A stretch of 63,319 nucleotides of DNA, filler included, from Folioceros fuciformis (Eukaryota), in the NCBI GenBank assembly GCA_049999805.1. It is 15 parts of 15 records of this genome, joined end to end, with 100 filler letters (N's around TTAATTAATTAA, not from the genome) between each part and the next. Parts side by side here need not be neighbours in the genome. Positions count along the whole stretch, not along the records: positions 28,090 to 34,451 come from JBNGIO010002303.1; positions 34,552 to 37,196 come from JBNGIO010002304.1; positions 37,297 to 59,156 come from JBNGIO010002305.1; 12 more parts are not named here. One strand, given 5' to 3'. Positions 31,970 through 45,800 of this stretch are shown here, in pieces. The notes beneath the pieces are model-generated. The model was not told where the DNA came from. It made no database searches and saw nothing but the letters and a program-made list of their open reading frames with translations. The position numbers and the translations under genes are program-made. How positions within the stretch are numbered: the first letter of the stretch is position 1; each line of letters opens with the position of its first letter.

Positions 31970-34033
31970 TCATCTGCGTTTGTATATGCATGCCTTGAGC
32001 TCTGGCCACTTCGCCGCCTTGGGATGCTTTCGAGGTTTCCTAGCCTGCAGGGATCAGCACATGCCATGCGGGTTACCTGATTTGCACCAGAAGGTTTATG
32101 TTTCTCTCATCACAACTTATCAAGGCGAGGGTCAGCTTGCCTGCTTCTTGAAGTGCAGTAGAAGAAACATCTTGTTGGACATGTCCTGCAAGAAAGGAAG
32201 TGGACGAGATCATGGGGTTGCTGCTTTCAAAGAATCCTGGGCTGGCACCAACGAGGGATGGACTCCAGTTCCCACCTGAGATTCGGCAGCAAATCCCAGT
32301 GACTTCACTGCGTGGCAAAAGGCCCCGAGATTTGCCCCACCGTTGTTCTCATCGAACCGGCTTTTCACCTCAGCTATCAACAGCCAGCCACTGCAGACAA
32401 ATGAAATTTGGCTCAAGAAAGAGCTTCTGCACAAGAGGCATGACGTTGTGTGCAAATCTGACGACAGGACTTGCAGACAGAGAAGAACGTACCTGGGCTT
32501 GACCACCCGCTGAGCTTCGTTGAGGTAGCTCGGATAATCCGTTCCCATCAGAGAAAGACAGAATACAGCAACATCCACGGACGAGGTCTGCAGTGGTGTC
32601 TGCAGAAAGAAAGAGGGCGGATGTCAAAACCATGACACCGGTCAGCTGGAGCTCAGATCTTCGAAACTTAGGTGAGTAGAGAGCGCTATTACATGAGCCA
32701 TGTTGCATGCAATTATTGATGGATTGGTCGCTACGAGGTCCAGAGAGAAGACTTTGTTCTTCACCATCATCGCCAACCTTCCATCACCTATTATGATGCC
32801 AACCACCCAGCATCATTCAAGAAGGCTATACCAGGAGATTCCAAAGCAGAGTGTCCCAACGGACTGGAACTGCATAGACATACCACAGCCGAAGTCAGCA
32901 ACTGTCAGACCAGAGCCTTTAGTGCGCAGCCAATCAGCGATCACATCTACAGGACGCCTGGGCCACCGAGACATCTGTTCTTGGTAACCTGCATGGTACT
33001 GCAAGTCCACAAACATGACTTTCGCACCCCTACTCACAATTATTAACCACATTCCACTCTCAAGCCCTCCTGCATCTCAATACGAGGAGAGGACGCAAAC
33101 TCACGACGTCGAACGATGATGGATCCTTCCGGAAGAGGGCAAATGCATCTTCACCCCTGCATCACGTAGAACATCCATTAGATTCCCACACAGCAACCGC
33201 CACAAAGAGCTCATTGGTCCGCATTACCAAGTATCAAAAGCACATTTACTTGCAAGTGTAAAGAGTCTCATTGAGCATGCGAAATTGTCCACCCCATAGC
33301 CTTGCTTGGATCTGCACATCCGCCGTGCCAGTCAGAATCAGCACGCCACCTTAACCCCTAAACCCTTCCACCTCCAAAACCTAATTATCAGCAAGAGAGC
33401 AACCTTTTGCAAGAAGCTGGAGGGTTTCACAGCCCCAGTTGGCTGAGAAGGCTGATCTTCTCCATCAAAACATCTTTCTGCATCCTCTACTGCCGGTTCG
33501 GCGACATCCTCGTCAGCATCTACTCCAAGTCGGGCTTTCTTCTTCGGAGGCTTTCCCGGTCCATCATCAACAAATCTTCCATCAGCCTGCTTCTCCTTCC
33601 CGCCCTGGACCGCACCTTGCTGACCCTGCATCGCCATTCTCTTCTCCCTCCGCTGCTTCCTCTTGGCATTTTTCCTAGCTCTCCTCTCCAATTCATCCGG
33701 CGCAGCCACACCTCCACCCCCTTTGCCCTTACTTGAAGGTACACGCTCGACATTCTCCTGCTTGAACCTGGCAGAGACCTTCCTTGCGAATTCCAATGAT
33801 CCTCGCAAGGCCTGAACAGGACTGGAGGCCTCTGTTTTCTTGCGCTTTCGGTTCTTCCTCTTGGAGGCTTCTGTCACCAGCAGCCTTTCCTCAACCGACT
33901 TCTTCCTCCTCGAAGTCGGCGGGTCCGCCTTGACAACAACTCCCACGTCTTTCAGACTGGTCCAAGAGGCAGAGGGCAATCCGGAATCGTCTTCGAAGCT
34001 AGGCACGGGCAGCAACACATCCATCAGACCCAT
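31970..34033 (-). CDS. RRP8: Ribosomal RNA-processing protein 8 (25S rRNA m1A methyltransferase)
   Basis: K/R-rich N-terminus, GGQFRMLNETLYT, YHAGYQEQMSRWP, VADFGC, DVAVFCLSLMGTD, IAEVKSRF and WPELKACIYKRR*. Confidence 0.93.
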
Positions 34034-34551
34034 CTCCACCTTTGGAGGAAATGAGACTTGTGCTCATGACGTGCAATCAGTTGACCAAGATTTCGCTTCA
34101 GGTTAAACGAAACCCTATTATTTCAGTGTCTATTTTTCAATACTTCGTTTATGCTTGCACTACCCTAGGTGTGTGTAGGTATAGCCATAGCCATACCTAC
34201 AGCTACAGCTACAGCCCAGAGTCTGATACAATCGTAACTAAGAATCTTGATCTCACACTAAAATAATGAAGAAAACTTTAGAGGTAACTGACTAGCTGGG
34301 AGTGAACATGTGTCCCCGTTTATTGACCGGTATGTTGAGGGGTTGAGGGCGACGTCACGACGCGCGCTGGAAATATGACACAAGAAGTGTACAGGTCGAA
34401 GAAGAGGGAATCGGACGTAGGTACAGTACACAGGTGCGACATGGGAGGGGGNNNNNNNNNNNNNNNNNNNNNNNNNNNNNNNNNNNNNNNNNNNNTTAAT
34501 TAATTAANNNNNNNNNNNNNNNNNNNNNNNNNNNNNNNNNNNNNNNNNNNN

Positions 34552-36264
34552 ACCCTAGACTACTCTTCGATACTTCTTTAATCGGTCGAGCTGTTGGCGG
34601 GCCTGGATCGCCTGACTCCAGCTGCCTGCCATCCCGTTAGACCAGCCCAAATCTAACTTTGCCGTTTTGCCACCCCGCTTGAACCCTACCAATCTGGTCA
34701 GGCGCCCTACTACTGCTGGCTGCTGGCTAGGTTCCTCAACAGCCCGCCAGCCTCCAATCGGCCCTCAGCTGGCCGGCCTACTTCCACCCGCATGGCCGGT
34801 CTTCTGCTGGTTGGATTCAGCCGGAACCCTAGCCCGGACCCGACCCCGTGCTCAGCCTGGCCTGAACCCTGACTCACCACCGTCCGACTTCCTCCGGTCA
34901 CGACTAGCCCAGCCTAAAGCATTGGCCAGCCTGCCCCGCTTCAGCCAGGTTGCCGACGGGCTAGGGTCCAGCCAGTCGGCTTGGCTACCCGATTCTACCC
35001 TGACCAGCCACAAGCAGCTGGGCCGCTGCTGGCCTCTGGTTCCGGCCCGCTAGCCCATTGAATCCTCCAGCCACCGGCCTCGCCAGCCAATGCCGACTGT
35101 CTACCTGCAGGGTCACCTGTCATCAGCCGGCACGCTAGCTGCCTGATGCCTGCTTGCAGCCCGATCAACCCCCTGTGCCACTTCGGTCATGGGGCAGCCA
35201 GCCCGCTAGCTAGCCACAGTCCAGCCAGCCAGCCAGACTGCTAGACCCCCGTGGCTCGCCTGGTTTGGTGCCGGATCGCCTGCCTGGACTCCAGCCGACC
35301 CGCCTCTAGCCTGCCATCCATCCAAATTCGTCCCAGGCAGCCGCCAGGCGGCTGCCTGACTGCTTGCTGACAGCCCGGGTCTGTCTGCCACCGTTCCACC
35401 AGCCGACCCGGCTAGCCCGAACAGCCGGCCCGACCCAATCTTGGCTGCTAGCAGGCTAGGCGAGTGCCTGGCAGAGACAGCCAGCGAGGTTGCTATGCCC
35501 AGCTCCGACCAGTCACCCTCTTTGTGATCTTGGTCGGCCAACAATGGCTGTCCGGGCCCCGACGCCCTGCCGACTTGGGTCCAGCGCCACCCCTGCCCGA
35601 CACAGCCTGCTTCAACCGGGCAGGATGCCGTGTCCAGCCGAGACCCGCCAAGCCGTCTGGCTCCCAGCCCTCGGTCTGCGCAACCGCCGCCTGGATGCCA
35701 GTCCACCAACGAACTGCCCGACCAACCTGTCTGCACCCAGCTGTTGCTCCCAACCGTTCCCAGCTGGCTGGCTCTGCATGCATGGTCGACCAACCTCGCG
35801 CCACCCTGACTCTGACTGCATCCCGCCGGCCAGGCCTGTCCTCAGCCCAGGTCAAGTCAGCCGATCAGTGTGGCTAGCCAAACAGCCGGTCCATTCCTGA
35901 TCCGGCTACCCTCCAGCCTACTTACCCTGAGTCGACGCTCCCCCTGGCCTGGCCATCTAACTGGCTAGCCTTTCCCGAATCTGATGCTCCCACAACCTTA
36001 GGCCCTCCCTGCGTGACCGCTTGCTCTCAAACCCTTGGCCCCAGCACCTCTATCCCCGTCTCCCGCTTCCATCAACATCAGCTAGAGAGAGCCCCGGCTC
36101 TTCCACCAGCATCTCCCAGAGGGAACCCCGGCTCACCTCCCATGACCCGTTCTAGGGTTCCTGTTCCTCTGTTACCTTATCCTAAGGAACTGGAGCCCGT
36201 GTCTATCTACCACACACCCTCCTAGGCCCTATCGACTCACCGTTAATCTAGCTACTAATCTAAC
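34552..36264. repeat. GC-rich CCAGCC/CCGGC low-complexity repeat, probably retroelement non-coding sequence
   Basis: Motif-dense with no credible protein. It is interrupted by LTR-B at 36265. Confidence 0.5.
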
Positions 36265-37196
36265 TGTGGAGGCAAAACCCCGGGCACTGATTGCCAACGG
36301 GTTCCACCTTTAGTGGCCACACTTATCCCACTGTCGTTGAGACATTGGGTTTCGTTCCCACGAAGGAGCGATGGCGTTCATTGTTGTTGTGGATGGAGGG
36401 TCGGACTTGATCGACTCGATGATGGATTCGAGGGCTCCCCTCCAGCTCTGATCAGGCGTAGGACAGGCCTCGCTGTCCAGCGGTCAGCTGCACCTCTCTC
36501 GGTGCCCACAAACTCACTCTTGTCACTACAACGACCCTAACCTCTCAGATCTGCGACTTCCCTCACTCACTTCACTCACTCTTTCACTGCAGCACCAACA
36601 CCAGCAACTACCAGCAACCAGCAACGACACCACTACCTTCTACACTTCCCTGCTGACTCCTCGTACCCGGCAAGAGTCACTAGACTAACCCCAAACAAAA
36701 GGAAGAAGGGAACACACTCCCCTCGTGGATATCTCCTCCTCACAACCTTACCAGAGATGCCATGAGACATGGCTGGCCTACAGCACTTGTCCAAGCAAGG
36801 AACAAGAGTGGACAGGTCGAGAGAAAGACACCTCCATTACAATCAAGAGCTAGGGGCAAGCCCCTTCACCCTGGTCATTACACCTTGTGATCCTACCAGA
36901 CACTATACAACCGGCAACACGCTGCCCACGATCCTACCAGACACTGTACAGCCGACAACACGCTACCTGCGATCCTACCAGACACTGTACAGCCGGCAAC
37001 ACATGGCTTGCGATCCTACCAGACGTTGCACAGCCGGCAACACACTGCAGGTCCTAAACCAAGCAGGGACAAACCACAAGAGCTCATGAAGAGAGGACCT
37101 CCAAGAGCTCACGAAGAGATAGATTGACTCCCAAAGTGAATGACTCCCTCCTCCTACAGGCTCACCTGATCTTATAGGAGCCTCTCTCTCTCTGAC
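36265..37196 (-). mobile_element. LTR-B 3' portion
   Basis: TGTGGAGGCAAAACCCCGGG starts at 36265 and the copy is near-identical to the 27001 copy. Confidence 0.85.
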
Positions 37197-37612
37197 NNNN
37201 NNNNNNNNNNNNNNNNNNNNNNNNNNNNNNNNNNNNNNNNTTAATTAATTAANNNNNNNNNNNNNNNNNNNNNNNNNNNNNNNNNNNNNNNNNNNNTTTG
37301 CTCTGACGAGGGTGAATTGGCAAAAGGAGCAGAGTACTCTGGTCTGCTCCTCACGTCTCATGTGCTCCATGATGATACGACAAGGTCTGTCCACCAGCTC
37401 AACTCAGCTGGCCGACGTCCTTCCTCGCCGGTTTCCCGCCCAAAAACGACCAAGCCCACTTTAGCTACGCTTGATTTTTGTACGCGAGGTGTTGTAGAGA
37501 ATTCTATATAAGTAAGCCTTCCACATAAATTCCTAGGTCGCTTCGCTTGAAGGCCAGTACAACGGTTGCTTGGCAGAACGAAAATCTTCGGTGGCGGACA
37601 ACTGGAGAAGCT

Positions 37613-40600
37613 ATGGCCGAGGAGGAAGAGTTGGAAGATGTCTTCTTCGCTGGTTCGAGGAGCGCGGAGGAGCTGCTGGGAAACCTAGTCCGCATGTTGA
37701 GATCTGTTACAGTGGACGCCAAAGACGTGAATTGCGTCATGGCAGGCCTGCATTTAGTAGCATCTCTTCTGCACGGCTCGTCTGGACCTCCTCCGTACGG
37801 TAATTCGGATGAGCATGCCTGAGAGATGGTTACAGGTTATGGAGTTGTAGCGCCGGGTGCTTATGCTTTGGTAGTTGCTGTTTGTCTGCAGACTGGCCTG
37901 AGGATGGTACGATACGTGCCATCGAGGAGGTATTCGAATAACTTAGACTGCCCATATCGCTCTTTTTTTTTTTCGTTTGTTAATACCTTTGGGCCAGCAT
38001 CTGAATCCGCTGATCTTCCAGCTTACTGCTGAGTGTCGGGGGCTACCTCTGTCAACGAACCATGAGGAGGAGGTGGAAGCAGCTTTGTGGATGTTGTTCT
38101 GTCGCAGTGGATTGTTTTCCGGGCTAGCCAATGTGTTGTTGGAGCGTTGAGTATTTCTCCTTATCCTCTTAGGTTTTGTGTTACTGTCAGTTCCTGTTAC
38201 CTGGTGCTGAGTGCTATTTGGTGTGATGACTTGTGTAGAGGTGGCTCCCGACTGGCTGGCATGTTTTCCAACTGCAGCACGGGATGTGTACTTCGATGCC
38301 TTCTTCGTCAAGGCCCGCCCAGTGGACTCTTTGCTCGCTCTGGTTCCCATGCTCAGACCAGAGACTTTAATGCAGCAATCAGGGGATTCCAAGGCTGCAT
38401 CTTGGCAAGCTCAACGGTTAGTATTGATTCTTGGATTAGTTTTACGATCTCTGGTTTTCCTCAGCTAGTGTCTGTGGATCCTTTCCTAACGTAGAAACTT
38501 GCGTCTGGTTTCCAGCTTGCTAGTGTTAATCCTCGTCAGGAGTTTGGGTGTTAAAGCCATTGCAATGTCCTTTGTAGACATCACCAAGCAGCAAATTGAG
38601 AGTGCAGCTCATACTCGTGTGGAGTCCAGGATGAACGCTTTTGATTTACAACTGTTACGGAAAGTGGCACAAGTAGTGGCATCCATTCCTGACAGAGTGG
38701 AAGTGAGTGCTCCAGCAGAGCTGCGCTCTCCGTATCCTCCACTGCTCTTATTGTTTGGCCAGACTATGTAGAAGAAAAACCAAAGAAGGGTGTGGTCTTC
38801 CCTTCACTAGTCAGATTGTACTTCACTATCGTGACATCACAGCTGCTAACAGCAGCAGAGGAACGATGGGTGGTCATCTCAGGAAGCCTGAAAGGATCTG
38901 ATCCTGTCTTCAGCTTCATTGCCGAGACACTAGCCCGCCTTTGTAGACGTGGACATGCAGGTAACAGCGGTTTCTCTGCGCTTTGTTACCATTTGAATGC
39001 CAGTTGTATTCTGTTCTCGAGCAAATTGTAAATAAGTCAGAAATAGGTGAATACAACCGCAGCATCTATTTCGGCATTGATGTTACTGGTGGGCCAGATG
39101 TTGTTGCTTCGCAGATGATTCCTCGGTTGCTTCAGTCTGTCCAAGACACAGAAATGTTTAGTAAGACTGAATATGTACCACATGCAGTGACAAGTTGCCA
39201 AGTTAATGTACCATACACTCCCTGGCAATTGGTTGCTGATGCTTTTAGAGATTCGCACGCAATGGAAAGATGGGCAGACGTGCTTCTGAGGGAGATGGAA
39301 GCTGCAGACATCTCCAATGTCCAGGCCCGTTCTATACTACGGAGTCTGTTTGGCGACCTCCATCAGCCAACGTACAGGTGCAATTTCGTGGATGGAGTAT
39401 CTAAAGCCTTGTTCTGAGAAAGCACTCCTGCTGTATTTTTGATATACTGTGATTGCTGCGTAACTTTGGTTATTTCAGCAATATACTGTTGGAGACGTTT
39501 TTGCTGTCAAGAGTATTTCCAGTTCGTTGCTTAAAATGGCTCCTGGATTATGGTGTTTTGGGGAATGAGCAAGGAGCCGAAAGGGATTTAAATATGTTAG
39601 CAGTTAAGCGCATCGCAGAGACATGGTCTCCGGTGCGTTTTATACAATCTGCTCCACTACATCACCAGGCCTGTATCCTTGAAGTTCAGTTTCTCTGTGC
39701 TTGTCTGATTACGAATTGTTGTGTTGCTTTCTTTGGGCTTCCACACACTTTGGTTGGTATTGTACGTTTAACTCTTCACAGATGTGACTGCTTCGCTTGG
39801 ATTTTGCTTGCAAGCAATGAGTAGGAAGCAGTTAAACAGCACGGAAAACTTGCAAAAGTTTGTTTTCAATGGAATTACGAGTAAGACATGTGACGTGCGT
39901 TAGCCAGCATTTGAGGGATTGTGTTTCTGTTTGACAATCGTGACGTGTCTCTGATGGGGATCATTACTATGTCTCATGTAGTTCTTCTGAGATTGTGTTG
40001 ATTGTGTCATAGACAGGTTGCACAGTCCCATTGCAGAGATACAAGACATGGCAGCTCGGGTGGCATTTGCTGTATCAATAGTTGCGACTCCTGAAAACCC
40101 CTTGTGGCTTAATGAGCGTGACAAGGAGACAAAAAGGAATCTTCTTGATTGGGATAGCCTCATGCCATATACTAGCAGAGGAAACACAAAAGGTTCATCT
40201 GAGTCATTGGTCGCAGCACCAGATCTCAGTGCTGGAGCGGTGCAAGTGGGGAATGATGTGAAGGAACAGAGTGCAAGCCCGGGAGAACAGAATGAAAAAT
40301 CATCAAAACCAGGGCGTAAGAAACAGCAGATTGAGGATGATCCAGATGCAGTTGTGAACTATCTGGACGACAGCTGTTACAATGGGCTAGATGAGGCTGA
40401 AGGAAGTGGCGATTCTGATTGTGAGTCTGACAGTGAGTTTCAGCCGTATGACATGGTGGATGACTCTGGGGATTTGGATAGAGGGAAATTCCCCGTACAT
40501 CTTGCGGAATGCGCCACTGATCTAAGGAAAGGAGATAATCCGGATGCGGTGAGTTGTTTGTTGAAAGATAAACCCGGCGTCCTCCATGTCAAAAGTTGTA

Positions 40601-42109
40601 AGTAATTACGGAATTGTAATGTCGAATTTGCTGACTTTTTGCAGGTGGAGAAAGCCCTGCACGTTTTGGATAAGCTTATCAGAGCAAAGCCAGATGAGTT
40701 GGAAACTATCGCGCAAGATCTGGCGCAGGCTTTGGTCCATGTTCGATGTAGCGATGTTGCCGTGGAAGGTGAGGAAGAATCTGCGGAGATAAGAAGGCAC
40801 GATGCTCTGGTAAGTTTGCTTGTTTGCTCTCCACTGAAGACAGTCGAAGTGCTTGTGAGGGAGCTGTACTCGGCCGAGGTTGATATAAGCCAGCGCCTCT
40901 TGATTCTTGGTGTGATGTCAGGTACGTGTCACCAGTCACGATGGCTCCTTCGCATGCATTCAATAGTACGACAGTTCGTAGACTATGCTTAAGTGAAAGA
41001 TATTCGTGTTATGTTCACCACGTGTTATGATTTCCTCGCGGCTGCAGATGCTCCGCGAGAGCTTGCTGGCACCACTCAGAGGTCCGGTCGTCCAGTTATT
41101 GAAGAAATTCCAGGATCAAATCAATTATCCTGGTATGGGCCAGGGAGTAGCAAAGGTCCGTCGGGTTCGGGCCCTTGGATGGATGTTTCACATGGCACAC
41201 GCACTTTATTAAGCTGGGGTCCGGTGTATGAACGAGATATACCGTTGAGGGTCGGAGATAGGATACTAGGTGTGACCCGAAGGTGGGGTAATCGCTCTAT
41301 GCAGCTTCGCAAGGAGAGGATGAGGGATCCTCCTGCTGCCGCACGTGCAGGACATGGATTTGCACATTTAGCTGCAGCGTTCATGTTACCTATAATGAGG
41401 AGGTATGATCAGAAGAGCCATGGAGTGGACTTCGTGAACAGGGACTTCATCGTTCTAGCACAAATGTTGTCCATGTTAGGCACCTGCATGGAATGCATAG
41501 CGTTGCAACCCGAAGCTCCCCCACTCGGGGGACATCTCCTGGACCTCTTAAGCTCAAGGTGCGTTATTACGAAGTCATTCCTTCGAATGTAGAAATCTAT
41601 CTCAGGAGACTGCCTCTTCATGAATGTTTCTGTCTTGCCTTACGAATGTTTGATTTGGGTTGGAGTTTCCAGAAGTGTCGCCAACCACGCCGAACCGTTC
41701 GTCAGGCGGGCTGCTGTTTACGCGGCATCCCGGGTGCTATTTGCACTGCATCCCGCCGACATTGGGGCTGCACTAAGAGGAGGAAATGCCGCTCTTGCAA
41801 ATGGGCTAGAATGGATTCGAGAATGGGCCATGCGGATTGCAGAAGATGACCCCGACGCAGAATGTAACGCGGTAAGTACAGGACCCTCATCCTTCCATTG
41901 TGGGTAGCTTGGACTACCGGGCTAATAACCAAGCTCAACGGATTGTGCAGATGGCGTGGCACTGCCTCAAGCTGCATAGCGAGATGGCCCTGGAGGTGTC
42001 TAGGCGACTGGAGTCTGTTGAGACCTTGCCTGCCCCGCAGCCAATGTTGAGAGTTCCAAGTCCTCTCCAGACAGCTATTCAAAGGCCGTTGAGTCTACGC
42101 TCTCTCTGA
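37613..42109 (+). CDS. TEL2: Telomere length regulation protein TEL2 homolog (TTT co-chaperone), multi-exon
   Basis: SDSEFQPYDMVDD...PVHLAECATDLRK...VEKALHVLDKLIRAKPDEL...VHVRCSDVAVEGEEESAE...LYSAEVDISQRLLIL, plus GVTRRWG and HAEPFVRRA. Confidence 0.9.
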
Positions 42110-42893
42110 TAATCTCGTGTTACACCTTCTTACTGTAGTCCAAGTTTTGTTCTTTTAATTGTATTAATTGGAAGATACTAAGAAACCCCTCGACCCCAGC
42201 ATGAGGAGGGAAAAAAGCTATATGGAGAGGGGGGATTAGCCTTCATACATGCCAGCTGCCTCATGGGATTAGGGGGTGATGATTGCCCTCCATATTACTA
42301 TTACTGGATTTTCTGGATCTTGTTGTGTTGTTCAAGTTGCTGGACATGCAAGGGTAGCCCACATAAAGTGTTGTCCAGCGTTGTAGTGCTTTAGTATGCT
42401 CTTTATCATGAAGACTGTATACATCGGAAAAACCTTCATTATCTAGATGATATCATAAACAACGTCATATGTGATAATAGGCCAAGGCTAAGAAAATCTT
42501 ATCACAATAGCAAAAGATGGCAAAAAATGATATTATTCAAAACACCTACATGCAAGACTACAGTAGTAAAAGCCAAGACTTATCCCTTTGTCGACCTATT
42601 TCCAAACTTAACTAAACTCCCATAACAATGAAGTGATAGTTTTAGAGAATAAAAGGAACTTGCAAAGCTATCAAGATAAATTACTTCTAAGCTTAAGGTG
42701 AACTCCAAGACAGCAGCAGAGCAAAGACGATGTGGGTGCGTACTTTAGTCCAAAATGATAACCTTACCCACGTCCTCCAGGAAGAGACACAAAGTTTTAT
42801 GTACCTCATACAGACAATGAAAAATCTGCCTGGATGCCAATGCCGCGCACAAAGGCTTTCATGGCAACCGCTGAGGGTCAAAGTTGTTGCAAT

Positions 42894-45800
42894 TTATGAT
42901 TCGAGGGCGTTATTCAAAGCTTCCGTCACAAGCAACCGAGTAGCAAGATGGCTGACCTTTACGTGGGTCTCATTGGCGCTTATTTCAATCCTTCCTTCGT
43001 ATGGTGCAACTATGTCTACAACACTAGTCTTCACAATTGCCCGTTCTCCCGACACGTTACCCATGCCCCCAAGCCTAACTTCATCCTTCATGTAGATGCA
43101 GACCAAACCTCTCTCCTTAAGTCCTGCCAGAAGCTTCTCCAAATTGAGCTTACCCCACCGAAGACGGGGCTTGTGGGGTCGAGTCAAGCTTGGATAATCC
43201 AGAGACCAATGCCCATCCCTGCAGCTTAACTCTCCACAGATGTATGTACCGGATGGCTTTCCAAGTTTCAGCTCCTCCAGCTGCATTTTGGCAGCTACCT
43301 CCGAAGACAGGTCGGCAGTAATATGCTTCTGGACGTTAGACAGGTAGATTGGCCTCCCTGTTTCGCAGTACTGGAGAAATTTCAAGTTAAATGACGTTGC
43401 CACTATCCCATCCAGATTTTCTCGTACTGTGCTTGGAAGCTACACATGATCATCCCCGGAACAGCATAAGTGGTAGAGTTGGTCAAGCGTTACAATTATT
43501 TCTAGCTGCACCTCCTGCCCACAAGAGTAAGATGGCTATGACTTACCAGCACTGAGTGGGGCTGCACCAATTTTATCACACACGCAACCTCCTGTGGACT
43601 GCCAGAAGAAAGGACCCCACGTGTCAGTATACTTGTCATGGTTTCTCACACTACAGACGAAGGACAGAAAGACAACTGATGGACTAAGAGCGTACCGCAA
43701 CCTCGAAGGCACTGGGAAATGCAAAGATCTCATAGCCATTGGTAAAAATGGAGCCAAGGCAAGCTCCACTGATAGATTAGACTGCATCCATAAGGCCCCA
43801 ACATTAGCCGTGAAGAAAGGAAGAGAGTGGTAGTTGTAGTGTCAAGACCCACCAGACTCAAGTCAGGAAACAGCTTGGCTGCGAACCTCCAGGGTAATGA
43901 GCAAATTTAGAGGATTCTGACGCCAATGTTCAAGCAAATAAACAGCTGGGCCCATTCTCATATTCCAGTGTGATGCGAATACTATGCAGGGTTCCTGCCA
44001 GCACCGTCTGCAAAATCACAGACAGTTAGCTTTCAAAAACTTGAGCATTAAAATGCAAGAACATACTTAGCATTGCAGAAAGTAAACAGGCTGTGGCAGC
44101 AAGGGTTCTTACTGAAGCTCAGGTGAGCTCAAACTGGGAAAATGACGAAGCCTTTTATCCTGGAGAAGATCAATGTGACGAAACAGAGCTTCTCCCGCAT
44201 ACAACTGCGTCAATGGTTTGGGAGGAGAGGTAAGTGTACGTGCTGATCAGCTTCTAAGCGAATCAAAATGCGAACCTGTGACTCAACCTCAACAAACATG
44301 ACATCTGAGAAGGAAAGCTGAATTTGAATCGACCTTCTCTTGCCGCGAAGAACTTAACCATTCTGGTATGGTGTTCACATAAGCCAAAAACTCCTCAGCA
44401 GCTGGTGATATATAGAACATGGGCACTGTTCTGCATCCCAAAATAGCCCATAAATAAGAGAGATTGAGGTGCATCATGTAAACGGTGGTGAGAGGCCTGG
44501 CAACCTTTCATAAAATAACAACAATAAACTTGCAGTTGTAACAAGCTGCTTTCATCAGATGGGGCGTAAGGACACTCACACTGCTCCTGCAGACAGAGAA
44601 GACGAAATCTCTTCAATCAGCTCCATGAAGAAGCCAGAAGGCCAAACTGGAATAAGAACACAACCCCCTGAGGTTGTGGCATCTAGAACCGCCTTGCAAA
44701 TTGCAGTTAAATTCAACTTCCATTCCACTGTTAGAATCTGCTGGGCGGTGGTATAACTGTTGGAGCTCCCCTGCCTAGAAAACTTGGGTGGAGGCACTGG
44801 TGGTGACTCGCTCTCACTTGAGCGGGATTTCTGTGTCAGCACCCTTGCATTGGAGACGTTACGCAAGGAAGGGGTTCGAGAACTACTTGACCTCTTGGCC
44901 GGTGGTGGCTTGGTTCGTGAATCCCCTCCTAAGACAGTTCCAGCCTTAATCTCAGAAGGAACACCATCTACACTCTCGGAGCATGCCTCCCCATCAACCT
45001 TGACAAGAGACGAACTGGGATCTATGTCTACGGGTTCTACTTCTCCAAACAGCAGGAAATGGCTGCCTGAAAGAGCTGCAGCATTGAAGATGCTAGAATG
45101 GTTATCACAAAACAAAGATCCTGAAATGTAAGCAAGTCTTGCATTCGCTCCCGTGATGATCCAGTTTGCAGTCCCGACTCCTTGGCCAGAGCTCACAGGC
45201 TGGATCTGCAGGAACCCATCTATGCTAGCAACCTCTCCATATCGGAGACGGTGCACCACCTTCATGCAAGTCCTCAGATCTCCTGCACTGCTCAAGACGA
45301 AGACAACAATATAAAAATTGGTCACATCCTTCTGCTGGAGAAAAAAATCTTGTTCTAAGAACAACACAACAACGCTCACACCACCAGTCTGCACAATCGT
45401 ATACACCAGCAACACAGAGTAGTCAACGTACATACACAAACTGAGAGGCAAGACTGACCTGTAAATTGGGTGCCAGTTGCACTTATGCCAAGGCTTGGCA
45501 CCAACAACCAAATCCTTTAGTCTTGGCATCATGCTTAGCTCCAGCCAGCGTGGACGCTTCCTGGAGTCTGATGTTCCGAATTGTGCAGTGTAGTCCACAT
45601 GCAATGCAATAATTTCCTCCATCATAAGTTGGCCAAGCTTGGCTACGGCATCCGTAGCATACACCTGAAAAAACAGGAAGCATCAGGTAAGAGCGGCAAC
45701 ACCGTTCGGACACGAAAAGTACAAAAAACAGAAACAACACCAACAGGAGCATCGACGAATGAAAGACAGTTTGCAGTCGGTATACCTTGCCACAAAATCC

